Shown here: positions 48,351-57,355 of the stretch, piece after piece
Numbering within the stretch: the first letter of the stretch is position 1
How the letters are laid out: each line of letters starts with the position of its first letter
From: Polyangiales bacterium
GTDB lineage: Bacteria; Myxococcota_A; Polyangia; Polyangiales; Polyangiaceae
Length of the DNA: 64,000 nt
NCBI GenBank assembly: GCA_038231275.1
Contig: JBBRLQ010000006.1
Span: 96,001 to 160,000 of the forward strand
Direction of reading: 5' to 3'
Notes under the pieces: model-generated
Told to the model about the DNA's origin: nothing
Database searches by the model: none
Seen by the model: the letters and a program-made list of their open reading frames with translations, nothing else
Made by a program: the position numbers and the translations under genes

Positions 48351-49306
48351 GGCACCCCCGGCGCGAGCGTGCGGTCCAGGAAACGAAAGGTGTCGCGCCA
48401 GTGATCGCGAGCGTTCTGGCGCCAGACGAACGCGTGGAAGGCGTGCGGCTCGCCCGGGTAGAGCACGAGCTCGTTCGTCACGCCGAGCGCCGTCAGCGCG
48501 CGCGCGAGGCGACGCGAGTCGTCCAAGATCGGATCTTTGGTTCCGCACGGAATGAAAAACGGCGGGAGCGGGCGCGCGGGCCGTGGCGCGCCCTCGAGGA
48601 CGACGAGCGGATCGGCCAACGCGAACCCATGTGTCCTCGCGCTCTCGGGGAGGTACGCCGTCTCCACTTCGACGAGCCGGTCGAGGACCCACGGCGGCAG
48701 CGGCCTCCGTCGGCCGAAGCGCGCCGAGTCGCTCACCTGGAGAATGCCGCACGCGGCCAGCGTCGCGCGCGGAACGAGACCGGTGTCGAAAATGCGCTTC
48801 GCGTACGGCTCGGGCCTCTCGCAGGTCGCCGCCAGCGTCATCGCGGTGACGAGGTTCCCTCCCGCGCTCTCCCCCGCGAGGACGAAGCGGCCAGCGTCGC
48901 CGCCGAGGCGCTCGATGTTTGCGGCGAGCCACTCGTACGCCTGCGCGCAGTCCTCGAGCGCGCCCGGGAACGGCGAGCGCGGCGCGAGGCGGTAGTTGAT
49001 CGTGATCGTGAGGTAGCCGCGCCGCGCGAACATCAGCGCCATCACCCAGTGCGAGTCCTTCGACAAAATGCGGAATCCGCCGCCATGCACGTAGAGGACG
49101 ACGGGGAGCGGTCCCTTCGCGTCCTTCGGCCGGTAGACGTCGCAGAGGTGCTCTTCGGCGCCGCTCGTCGTGTACGGCACGTTCGCCTCGACCTCGACGC
49201 CATGCCGCTCCGGGCGGGCCAGCGGATGGAGCTTCGCCACGCGCGACGTGCCGCGGAAGAACCCGTCGACCAGGAACGCGCCCACGCGGCGGCGGAAGAC
49301 GCTCAT
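48347..49306 (-). CDS. Alpha/beta hydrolase (HSL-like esterase/lipase)
   Basis: HGGGF, YRLAP, GESAGG, DP, HAF catalytic-triad motifs. Confidence 0.92.
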   Translation of the reverse strand: MSVFRRRVGAFLVDGFFRGTSRVAKLHPLARPERHGVEVEANVPYTTSGAEEHLCDVYRPKDAKGPLPVVLYVHGGGFRILSKDSHWVMALMFARRGYLTITINYRLAPRSPFPGALEDCAQAYEWLAANIERLGGDAGRFVLAGESAGGNLVTAMTLAATCERPEPYAKRIFDTGLVPRATLAACGILQVSDSARFGRRRPLPPWVLDRLVEVETAYLPESARTHGFALADPLVVLEGAPRPARPLPPFFIPCGTKDPILDDSRRLARALTALGVTNELVLYPGEPHAFHAFVWRQNARDHWRDTFRFLDRTLAPGVP

Positions 49307-49319
49307 GGCGATCGCAGCG

Positions 49320-49613
49320 TCACGAGAGCGACGCGAAGATCCCGATGACCCCCAGGATCGAGATGGCGAACCCGATCCAGAAGGCCACCGCGAGCGTGCC
49401 TGGCTCGCCGCGCTCCTTGCGGAGCTGGACGTAGCGGTTCATCGGCCCGAACGACGTGAAGAGGCGCCCGATGAAGAAGCGCGCTGCGAAGCCCGGCGGC
49501 TCGAACGCCGGATCGTTCTCGCGCAGCCATTTCTCTGCCATCGTCGCCGCGATGAGCCAGGTCATCTGCCCCAGGAACATCACGACGAAGAGCCCCCAGA
49601 CGTAGTCGTGCAT
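49320..49613 (-). CDS. Small two-TM membrane protein
   Basis: MHDYVWGLFVVMFLG... two hydrophobic segments, GC3-rich. Confidence 0.7.
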   Translation of the reverse strand: MHDYVWGLFVVMFLGQMTWLIAATMAEKWLRENDPAFEPPGFAARFFIGRLFTSFGPMNRYVQLRKERGEPGTLAVAFWIGFAISILGVIGIFASLS

Positions 49614-49665
49614 GGGCGCATCGTAGCGCGACGGGGAGCGCGAAGTCACCGGGCTGCGCGCGCGG

Positions 49666-50289
49666 TCAGAAGACGTCCGATGGAGACTGGCGCGGCGGCG
49701 GCGCATCCAGGCGCGGCGGCGGCGCATCCAGGCGCGGCGGCGGCGGGGGCGCGGGCACGGGCGCGCTCACGATGCGCGGCGCGGTCGGGCCGGGCTGCAG
49801 CGGAGGGGCGACGGCGACGGGATCCGGCGCGATGGGCGAGATGCGCGATGGCGCCGGCACCCGCGGCTCGATCGGATCCCCGCGACGCGAAGGCGACGCC
49901 AGGACCGGCGGCGCTGTGATTCGCGACGATGCTGGAGACTTGGGATAGGTCGCCTCCGAGGGGCGCGTCGTGATGAGGGCGACGAGAACGAGCGCTCCGG
50001 CAGCAATTGCGGCGGAAAGCATCCACACGCCGCGGGTCGACTCCCGAGGGATCACGATCGTCGCCGCCGCGCGACGCACGTTGGTCCGCGCGACACGACG
50101 CTTCCGCTTCGATCGGAGCCGCACAGTCCCCGTCGGCCCCCAATCGCCTCCGAGCTCGCGCCGCTCGGCGATGCGCACCGTACCGCGCGGCCCGAGATCC
50201 CGACGCGCGATCGGCGATGGATCGATCACGAAGGGCTCGACGCCCTCCACGACCTCGACCTTGCTGTCCTCGGGTGGGTCTTCCTTCAT
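49666..50289 (-). CDS. Pro-rich single-TM hypothetical protein
   Basis: AGGA SD; central TM; Pro-rich tail containing a 21-bp tandem repeat at 49689-49745. Confidence 0.5.
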   Translation of the reverse strand: MKEDPPEDSKVEVVEGVEPFVIDPSPIARRDLGPRGTVRIAERRELGGDWGPTGTVRLRSKRKRRVARTNVRRAAATIVIPRESTRGVWMLSAAIAAGALVLVALITTRPSEATYPKSPASSRITAPPVLASPSRRGDPIEPRVPAPSRISPIAPDPVAVAPPLQPGPTAPRIVSAPVPAPPPPPRLDAPPPRLDAPPPRQSPSDVF

Positions 50290-50427
50290 GGTCCTATCCC
50301 GATAAGGATAGCCAAGCGCCCAGGCCCGGTCACGGAGAACGGCGAACGACGCCGAAGAACGCTCCTACCTCGTCCCCACGATGGAGACCGGGACGAGCAC
50401 CACAAGTGGTACGATCCGCCCGACGTC

Positions 50428-51381
50428 GTGCGTTCTCCGCTCCTCTGCCGCCTCTCGATCTGGGGGATCTTGCTCGCCTCTTCGGGGTGGTCGACGCGCC
50501 TCCTCGCGGAGGAGCCCACGCCCGAAGCACGTGTCCGTGCGCAGCTGCGCTTCTCGGACGGAGAGGCGGCGTACAAGCGCGGCGATTACCGCGCGGCAGC
50601 CGAGGCGTTCGACGCCGCGTACCGGGAGATTCACCACCACGTCCCTTTGATCAACGCCGCGCGCGCCTGGGCGAGGACGGGCGACAACGCACGGGCGGCC
50701 AACGCGTACGATCGCTTCCTCGACGAGGCACCCGCGCAGGATCCCGATCGGGCTACCGCGACGGCGTGGCTCAAGGAGCAATCTCCGGCGCTCGGCCAGC
50801 TCCACATCACCGGCGACGCGTTCGATCGGATCAAGGTCGACGGCGTCGTGGTCGACCGGGCGCGCATCTTCGTCGCGCCCGGCGTGCACGAAATCGAGGG
50901 GACGAAGGGATCACGCGCCGCCCGACGCAGCGAAAAGGTGGGCGCGGGCGAAGAAGTGCACGTGCGCCTCGAGCTCGCGCCGAGCGCCACACCCGCCGAC
51001 CCTCCCCACGCCGCGCCGACGCCTCCGCCCGACGCCGCGTCACCCCCGACCACTTCGCCGAGCGCGCCGCCCCGCCGCGGCGTCTCCCCGATCGTCGTCG
51101 CGATCGGCGGCGGCCTCACCGCGCTCGTCGGCGGGCTCGCGATCGCCTCGGGCGCCGACACCATCGCGTACAAGCACGGCACCTTCGCCGGCAACGAGAA
51201 CCCCGACACGCTCGGTGACGGCGTCTACCGCGAGCGCCGCACGAACGTCCTCCTCGGCGCGACGATCGGCCTCTTCGCGTTGACCGGCGCGGCGGCGCTC
51301 TTCCTCGTCGACTGGCGCGGAAACGGTACGCTCGTCGGTGCGGCAGGACCTGGCGGCGTCGCCGTCTCGGGAGCGTTCTGA
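50428..51381 (+). CDS. TPR/PEGA-like protein with C-terminal membrane segments
   Basis: FSDGEAAYKRGDYRAAAEAF...LINAARAW...YDRFL TPR; VAPGVHEI PEGA-like; stop overlaps kinase ATG. Confidence 0.8.
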   Translation: MRSPLLCRLSIWGILLASSGWSTRLLAEEPTPEARVRAQLRFSDGEAAYKRGDYRAAAEAFDAAYREIHHHVPLINAARAWARTGDNARAANAYDRFLDEAPAQDPDRATATAWLKEQSPALGQLHITGDAFDRIKVDGVVVDRARIFVAPGVHEIEGTKGSRAARRSEKVGAGEEVHVRLELAPSATPADPPHAAPTPPPDAASPPTTSPSAPPRRGVSPIVVAIGGGLTALVGGLAIASGADTIAYKHGTFAGNENPDTLGDGVYRERRTNVLLGATIGLFALTGAAALFLVDWRGNGTLVGAAGPGGVAVSGAF

Positions 51382-52799
51382 TGACCGCGACCCCCCGCCA
51401 ACGGATCGGATCCTACGAGCTCCTCGTCGAGCTCGCCTCGGGCGGCGTCGGCACCGTCGACATCGCGCTCCAGCGCGGCGCGGCAGGCTTCGAGCGCCTC
51501 GTGGTGGTGAAGCGCGTCCACCGCTTCCTCCTCAAGAACAAGGACTCGTACGCGATGTTCCGCGACGAGGCGCGCCTCGCGTCGAGCATTCGCCATCCGA
51601 ACGTCGTGCCGGTCGTCGACGTGGTCGAGCTCGACGGCGAGCTCCTCTTGGTGATGGATTACGTCGAGGGCGTGTCGCTCAGCACGCTCCGCAAGGCGTA
51701 CACCGACGCGGGCTCGAGCTTGCCGGCGCCGATCGCGTCGCGCATCCTCTCCGATGTCCTGTCGGGCCTCCACGGCGCCCACGAGGCCGCCGATTTGCGG
51801 GGAAAAAAGCTCGAAATCGTGCACCGCGACGTGAGCCCGCAGAACGTGCTCGTGGGCATCGACGGCGTCGCGCGCGTGATCGATTTCGGCATCGCGAAGG
51901 CGGTCGGGCGGCTCACCGAGACGCAGAGCGGCCTCATCAAAGGGAAGTTCGCGTACATGTCGCCCGAGCAGGTCGAGTCGACGGACCTCGATCGACGGAG
52001 CGACGTCTTCTCGGCCGCGGTCGTCCTGCACGAGGCGCTCACCGGCCAGCGACTGTTCCAAGCCGAGAGCGACATCGCGACGCTGCGTAAGGTGGTCAAG
52101 GGAGAGATCCCCGATCCGTCGTCGCTCGTCTCCGGAGTGCCCCCGGCGATCGACGCGGCGCTCCGCATCGCCCTGGCGCGCGATCGCGAGCAGCGCTTCG
52201 CGACGGCGCTCGCGTTCCAGAGCGCGCTCGAGTCGGCGGCGCCGCCGGCCCCCTGGCGTGACGTCGCAGAGGCGGTGCTCCGGATGTGCGGCGTCGAGCT
52301 CGAGGGGCGGCAGGCGCAGCTCGCGACGGCCCTCGGCGCAGACGCGCAGCGCGTCACGGCGCTTCCACCGAGCGAGCCGGCGAGCGTCCGTGTGCTCGCG
52401 CCGACCGAGGGCGACACACGCGTTGCGGCAACGGCGGACGTGGCGCGCGCGCTGCGCCCTCGATCGACCGCGTGGGTCATCGTCCCGCTGGCCGTCGCGA
52501 CGCTCGGTGCGGGGCTCTTCTTGGCGTGGCCGCGCGGCGGGACTGCGGTTCGCACGACGCCGCCCCCGGAGGTCCCACCGGCGCCGCCGCCCAGCGCGAT
52601 GGCCCTCGCCTCGACGACGACGACGTCCGATCCGCCTCCGATCCCGACCGCTTCTCCGCCCGACGCGGCGCCGCCACCGTCGCCCGATCGCACGGGGCGC
52701 ACGCGCGGTCCGAAGACCCCGCCGCCGCCGGGCGGCACGAAGCCGGGGGGAAACGGCGACGACTTGCGCCACGACTTCGACGCCGGACGCCCCTTCTGA
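51381..52799 (+). CDS. Membrane Ser/Thr protein kinase
   Basis: LASGGVG, VVVK, HRDVSPQN, DFG, GKFAYMSPEQ; TM plus Pro-rich tail. Confidence 0.93.
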   Translation: MTATPRQRIGSYELLVELASGGVGTVDIALQRGAAGFERLVVVKRVHRFLLKNKDSYAMFRDEARLASSIRHPNVVPVVDVVELDGELLLVMDYVEGVSLSTLRKAYTDAGSSLPAPIASRILSDVLSGLHGAHEAADLRGKKLEIVHRDVSPQNVLVGIDGVARVIDFGIAKAVGRLTETQSGLIKGKFAYMSPEQVESTDLDRRSDVFSAAVVLHEALTGQRLFQAESDIATLRKVVKGEIPDPSSLVSGVPPAIDAALRIALARDREQRFATALAFQSALESAAPPAPWRDVAEAVLRMCGVELEGRQAQLATALGADAQRVTALPPSEPASVRVLAPTEGDTRVAATADVARALRPRSTAWVIVPLAVATLGAGLFLAWPRGGTAVRTTPPPEVPPAPPPSAMALASTTTTSDPPPIPTASPPDAAPPPSPDRTGRTRGPKTPPPPGGTKPGGNGDDLRHDFDAGRPF

Positions 52800-52804
52800 G
52801 CGCC

Positions 52805-53851
52805 ATGTCCCGCCGCCTCTTCGCCGTCGCCCTCGTCCTCGCGGTCCCCTCCGCAGCGACGGCCGTTGGCGCGGGCCTCGGCGCGTGCGCAGCGTTCGAC
52901 GACATCGTCCTTCCCACCGACGCGAGCGTTGCGGACGTCCTCGACGCGCCCGACGACGCCCCGCTCGACTCCGGCGAGGGAGGCCTCGGCCCGAGCTACC
53001 TCACGACGTCGCAAGCGGCCCACCTCTGCGGGCTCCTCCTCGACTGCCCGACCAACGTCGCCGAGGGCTACCTCCTCTCGTCGCAGATGCCGGCGATCGC
53101 GTTCGAGCCGAACAAGGGCGCGTTCTCGCTCTGTATGCACTGGCTGACCGAGGTCCTCCACGCGGGGCACATCGGCTTCGAGAAACAGCGCGCGCTGCAA
53201 CAGACCCTCGCCGGCGCGACCGACTGCGCGGGCCTGCAAGCGCTCTTGCCGATCGAGCAGCTCGACGCGAGCCCGTGCGGTACGGCGGGAACCGTGTGCA
53301 GCCTCGATCAAGCCAAGATCGTCCGCTGCAGCGACGCGGGGCTCTTCGTCGAGCACTGCCGCGCCCCTTTCTATCCCGAGGGCGGCACCTGCACGACGGT
53401 GGCCGGCTCACCGACCTGCCTCGTCGACGGCTGTCCGGCGCCGCAGTGCGCGGGCGGCATCTTCGGTCTTTGCATCGTCAACAAGAGCGTCGTCTTCGAC
53501 TGCTCGCTCGTGCACCGTGATTGCACGAGCACGCCGTCCCCGCAGTGCGCGACTGGCGCGACGTGTGGAGGCTCGGGCCTCTCCTGCCAAGGCGCGAACA
53601 TCGCTGCGTGCGTCCTCGGGAGCAGCATCGTGTTCGAGTGCCCTCCCGCGAGCATCTGCTCGAGCTTCAGCCCGTCGGCGTTCTTCTGCGCGAAGGCCGG
53701 CGCGACGTGCACGCCCGGCACCGTCACCGATCGCTGCGACGGTACGCAGATCGTCTATTGCGGAGGCGGGATCGAATCGCGCGTCGACTGCGCGCGCGTG
53801 CAGAGCGGGTGGACGTGCAAGAACACGCCGTCCGTTCACTGCGCCCCCTGA
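52805..53851 (+). CDS. Cys-rich secreted protein/lipoprotein
   Basis: Signal region with LGAC; long Cys-repeat C-terminal region. Confidence 0.8.
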   Translation: MSRRLFAVALVLAVPSAATAVGAGLGACAAFDDIVLPTDASVADVLDAPDDAPLDSGEGGLGPSYLTTSQAAHLCGLLLDCPTNVAEGYLLSSQMPAIAFEPNKGAFSLCMHWLTEVLHAGHIGFEKQRALQQTLAGATDCAGLQALLPIEQLDASPCGTAGTVCSLDQAKIVRCSDAGLFVEHCRAPFYPEGGTCTTVAGSPTCLVDGCPAPQCAGGIFGLCIVNKSVVFDCSLVHRDCTSTPSPQCATGATCGGSGLSCQGANIAACVLGSSIVFECPPASICSSFSPSAFFCAKAGATCTPGTVTDRCDGTQIVYCGGGIESRVDCARVQSGWTCKNTPSVHCAP

Positions 53852-53866
53852 CGCGCCGAACCCGCT

Positions 53867-55171
53867 TCACCCCTTCGCGAGGCCGTATTTTCGCAGGAAC
53901 GCGCGCACGTGGTGGCGTTCGATGCCGCTGCGGCGCGCCATCTCGCTGACGTTGCCCGTGCACTGATCGGAGAGCGCGCCGAAGTAGTCGCGCTCCCATC
54001 CGTGCACCGCCTTCTTCTTGGCGGCGGCGAACGCGGTGACCGGAAAGCGCGCGCCTTCGGGCTCGGCGCGGGTCAGGGCGAACACGTCGTCGATCGCCTC
54101 GGGCGTGTCGGCGAGCGTGACGGCGACGGACGCGACGTTGACGAGCTCGCGCACGTTGCCCGGCCAGTCGTAGGTGTCCATGCGCCGCTCGATCCAGTCG
54201 TAGACCGCGCTGGCGTGCTCGGGCCGGCCGGCGCGCGTGCACACATCCTGAACGAGCTCGGCGATGTCACTTCGCCTCTCGCGAAGGGGCGGCAGCTCGA
54301 CGCGGACCTGCGCGATGCGGAAGTAGAGGTCGCTGCGGAAGCGATCGGCGTTCATCTCTGCGGAGAGATCGCGTCGCGTGGCGGCGACGATGCGCACGTC
54401 CATCGGCTCGAAGGCGGAGCCCCCGACGCGCTTCACCTGACGCTCGGCGAGCGCGCGGAGGAGCTTGGGCTGGAGATCGATCGGAAGCTCCCCGAGCTCG
54501 TCGAGGAAGAGCGTGCCGCCGTCGGCCTCGCGCAATGCGCCGTTGCGACGCTCGGTCGCGCCGGTGAACGAGCCCTTCTCGTGGCCGAAGAGGATGCTCT
54601 CGGCCAACGTCGGAGGGATCGAGCCGCAGTCGACGACGACGAACGGCCCTTTGCTGCGCGGGCTTCCGTCGTGCAGCGCGCGCGCGGCGAGCTCTTTGCC
54701 GGTGCCAGTCTCCCCGAGGACCAGGACGCTGAGCGGCGTCGGCGCGACGCGCTCGAGGACACCGAACACGCGGCGCATCTTGGGCGAGCTGCCGACGAGC
54801 GGCCCGAAGCGATCGATGAGCTCCGCCTCGACGCGCTTGGTGGCCGCGGCGGGCTCCACGGTGACCGACGGCCCTCCCACGACGATCTCGGTGGGAGCAG
54901 TCACGAGCCCCTCGGTCACGCGGAACGTCCCGACGCGCGTACCGTTGGTGCTGCCCAGATCGCGCACGAGGATTCCGTCGTGCACCGCGCGCAGCTCGCA
55001 GTGGAACGCGCTCACACGACGATCGTCGAGGACCAAGTTGGCGCCGGGATCGCGCCCGATCACGACGGGGTCGACGTCGATCGCGACGCTGCGTCCGTCG
55101 CTCGCGCGCACGACGCCGCCGCGTACGGTCCAGTGCAACTGCCGCGCGACCGTGGTGGCGACACCGCTCAT
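53867..55171 (-). CDS. FHA-domain sigma54-dependent enhancer-binding protein (Fis-type HTH)
   Basis: FHA ([16 protein letters not shown]), [38 protein letters not shown]. Confidence 0.94.
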   Translation of the reverse strand: MSGVATTVARQLHWTVRGGVVRASDGRSVAIDVDPVVIGRDPGANLVLDDRRVSAFHCELRAVHDGILVRDLGSTNGTRVGTFRVTEGLVTAPTEIVVGGPSVTVEPAAATKRVEAELIDRFGPLVGSSPKMRRVFGVLERVAPTPLSVLVLGETGTGKELAARALHDGSPRSKGPFVVVDCGSIPPTLAESILFGHEKGSFTGATERRNGALREADGGTLFLDELGELPIDLQPKLLRALAERQVKRVGGSAFEPMDVRIVAATRRDLSAEMNADRFRSDLYFRIAQVRVELPPLRERRSDIAELVQDVCTRAGRPEHASAVYDWIERRMDTYDWPGNVRELVNVASVAVTLADTPEAIDDVFALTRAEPEGARFPVTAFAAAKKKAVHGWERDYFGALSDQCTGNVSEMARRSGIERHHVRAFLRKYGLAKG

Positions 55172-55220
55172 CCGAGGAGTATACGAGCAGCCGTGAAGGC
55201 GGGGGACACCGATGCGCGGC

Positions 55221-55311
55221 TGGACAGATCGGTGTTCAGCGTCCTCGATCTGCCGGCGAACAGCCGAAGCCCGGCCGCGTCGCCGGGCCGTGAACGGATC
55301 GGTGTTCAGCG
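55221..55311. promoter_or_regulatory. Paired enhancer (UAS)-like sites 70 bp apart
   Basis: TGGACAGATCGGTGTTCAGCG (55221) and TGAACGGATCGGTGTTCAGCG (55291); TGRAC-N8-GTTCA inverted core. Confidence 0.75.
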
Positions 55312-55363
55312 CGGGACCAGTCTAAAACCAGGCAAATCACGCCAAATTTACGAGACCCGCGCC

Positions 55364-55379
55364 TGGCACGTTCGCTGCT
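55364..55379 (+). promoter_or_regulatory. Sigma54 (-24/-12) promoter
   Basis: TGGCACGTTCGCTGCT (TGGCACG, GG-N10-GC), preceded by an AT-rich stretch; divergent from a sigma54 activator. Confidence 0.8.
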
Positions 55380-55392
55380 CTAGCTCCTCCTC

Positions 55393-56250
55393 ATGAAGAC
55401 CACCTTCACCACCGCTTCGGTTCTTTCCCTCCTCGCTTTGGCGCTCGGCTCCGGCTGCGCGGTCAAGAGCACCTCCACCAACTCGACGACGGGCAGCGGC
55501 TCTGACGCCGTCGATCAAGGCTCCGACGTCAACGACGCCGAGGGCAGCGCCGAGTCGCTCGGGTCGTCGCTCGTCGGGGGCACGAGCGGATCGCTGCACG
55601 TCGCCTCCGCCGGCGAGATGACGATGCACGGCGGGACCCTCCAGCTCGCCGACGTCGGCGCCGAGGCGAAGGGCTTCTACAGCCCCGCCGGCTGCCTCAC
55701 CGTCGCCGCGGACCTGACGAAGAGCAGCGCGAAGTACACCTTCAACGACTGCACCGGCCCGTGGGGCATCCTCCACCTCACCGGCGAGGTCGACGTGACG
55801 TGGTCGTCGAGCGGGGCGAACCAGATCACGATCAACTACTCGGCGACCGCCCTCAAGGTGAACCACGCCACGATCGACTGGACAGCGACGGCCAACGTCA
55901 CCGGCAACGGCGGCGCGCGCGACATGATCTGGGACGGAAAATTCTCCGGCACGACCGCCCACGGCCGCGCGTTCCAGCGCACCAACCACAAGGAGTACAA
56001 GTGGACGGTGGGCCAGGCGTGCTTGAGCGTCTCCGGGACGTCGGACGGCACGGTCACCGGTCACGAGCTCAAGACCGAGGTGAAGAGCTTCTCGATCTGC
56101 GCGGGCGGCTGCCCGGAGGCTGGCAGCGAGATCACGATCACCGACGTGACGACCAGCAAGGTCTACGACGTGAAGTGGAACGCCGGCAGCGCGACGTACA
56201 CCGATCCGGCGGGCAACAGCGTCACGTACACGCCACTCTGCGCGCGCTGA
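55393..56250 (+). CDS. Beta-rich Thr/Ser/Gly lipoprotein (hypothetical)
   Basis: Lipobox GSGC; strong GC3 bias; paired Cys. Confidence 0.85.
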   Translation: MKTTFTTASVLSLLALALGSGCAVKSTSTNSTTGSGSDAVDQGSDVNDAEGSAESLGSSLVGGTSGSLHVASAGEMTMHGGTLQLADVGAEAKGFYSPAGCLTVAADLTKSSAKYTFNDCTGPWGILHLTGEVDVTWSSSGANQITINYSATALKVNHATIDWTATANVTGNGGARDMIWDGKFSGTTAHGRAFQRTNHKEYKWTVGQACLSVSGTSDGTVTGHELKTEVKSFSICAGGCPEAGSEITITDVTTSKVYDVKWNAGSATYTDPAGNSVTYTPLCAR

Positions 56251-56810
56251 CGAAGAGCCTTCGACGGCGCCCCGTTCCGAGCGCAGACGGGGCGCTCGGG
56301 AGGCGCGGGACGCGGCACGGCAGCGGCTCCCGGTCGAGCGAGCGCGTGCGGTAGTGCGAGGCTTTTAACCAGCTCCCAAATCGCCGCATCGGACGAGGCG
56401 CGCCGGCAGCTTGCCCGCGTCACGGAGCGCCTCGACGACCTTCTCGCTCAGGCGAATGCGCGCACGTAAAAGAGGGGCGCCGACGGCGGCAAAGGCCTCC
56501 GAGCGCGGACGACGACCGTCGCGTCGCGGAAGTGGCCGGCATACAGCTCTTCGGCGTGGCTGCGTTTCTCACGCGGCGATTCGTCGTGCCCGGCGCGCTG
56601 GGGATGATTTTTCGTGCACGGGATGGGGATGATCCTCCACCACACGCTTCGATGGTTCGAGGTCGGTCGCGGCGAGAAGGGCAACGAGAACGGGTCCCTC
56701 GCAGAACTGCAGCGGTTCCATCGGGTTCCACGGTTGAGCAACCCCCGCGGAACCTCTCCCTGCGCGCGGGAGTTGCGCTCGGGACCCGGTCCGATCCACA
56801 TTACGGGCGC

Positions 56811-57203
56811 ATGCCTCGGGCGCTCCTCCGTCTCGTCGTCGCCTTCGCCGCCGCGCTCACCGCGTGGCTGGTCGCGGCGCCGGCGTGGGCGAGCATGTCG
56901 GCCCCGCAGTGCGACCACCGCGGCGCGATCACGTTCGCGCCGCCGCCGCAGCTCCAGCCGATGCAGCAGTCGATCGACGCGACCGACGACGACATGACGT
57001 GCGTGGAGAAGATGCTCGCGGCCGAAGGTGTCCACCAGGGCAACGCGCCGCCCCCGTCGCCGAGCGCGACAGAGCCCGTGGCCGCCCCTGCGTTGCCGAT
57101 CCTCCCTGCGTTCGCGCCGCGCGCGTTGCCGCCCGAGCTCGACGTGGATGCGCGCGCCCCTTGTGGCGTGCGCACGTCCCTCGAACGTCCCCCTCGAGCC
57201 TGA
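56811..57203 (+). CDS. Secreted leader-like protein ending in LERPPRA
   Basis: ATG 56811; Sec signal ending AWA; three Cys; Pro-rich linker; C-terminal RPPR. Confidence 0.7.
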   Translation: MPRALLRLVVAFAAALTAWLVAAPAWASMSAPQCDHRGAITFAPPPQLQPMQQSIDATDDDMTCVEKMLAAEGVHQGNAPPPSPSATEPVAAPALPILPAFAPRALPPELDVDARAPCGVRTSLERPPRA

Positions 57204-57355
57204 GCGCCTCGAGCGTTCGCCCAGTTTTTTAGGCCTTCGCGCGCCCGTCGCGCGCGGACGGCACGTCGTGCGCCCTCGCGTGCGCGGCGTCGCCGAGCCG
57301 CACGCGCCGTCGCGCAAGAATTCGCAGTACCTCTCTCGAACCAAGGAAATCGTCC

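Noticed and set aside
49689..49745. 21-bp tandem repeat
   Set aside because: Explained as a PPPRLDA duplication in a Pro-rich tail
56277..56299. Hairpin CCGAGCGC/GCGCTCGG after the sigma54-driven lipoprotein gene
   Set aside because: No U-tract, and short GC stems are common by chance; not called as a terminator
56371..56469. Short protein-like frame (SSQIAASDEARRQLARVTERLDDLLAQANART*) in the long intergenic region
   Set aside because: No start codon or SD found; may be a gene remnant, too weak to call. No recognisable ncRNA in 56255-56810 either
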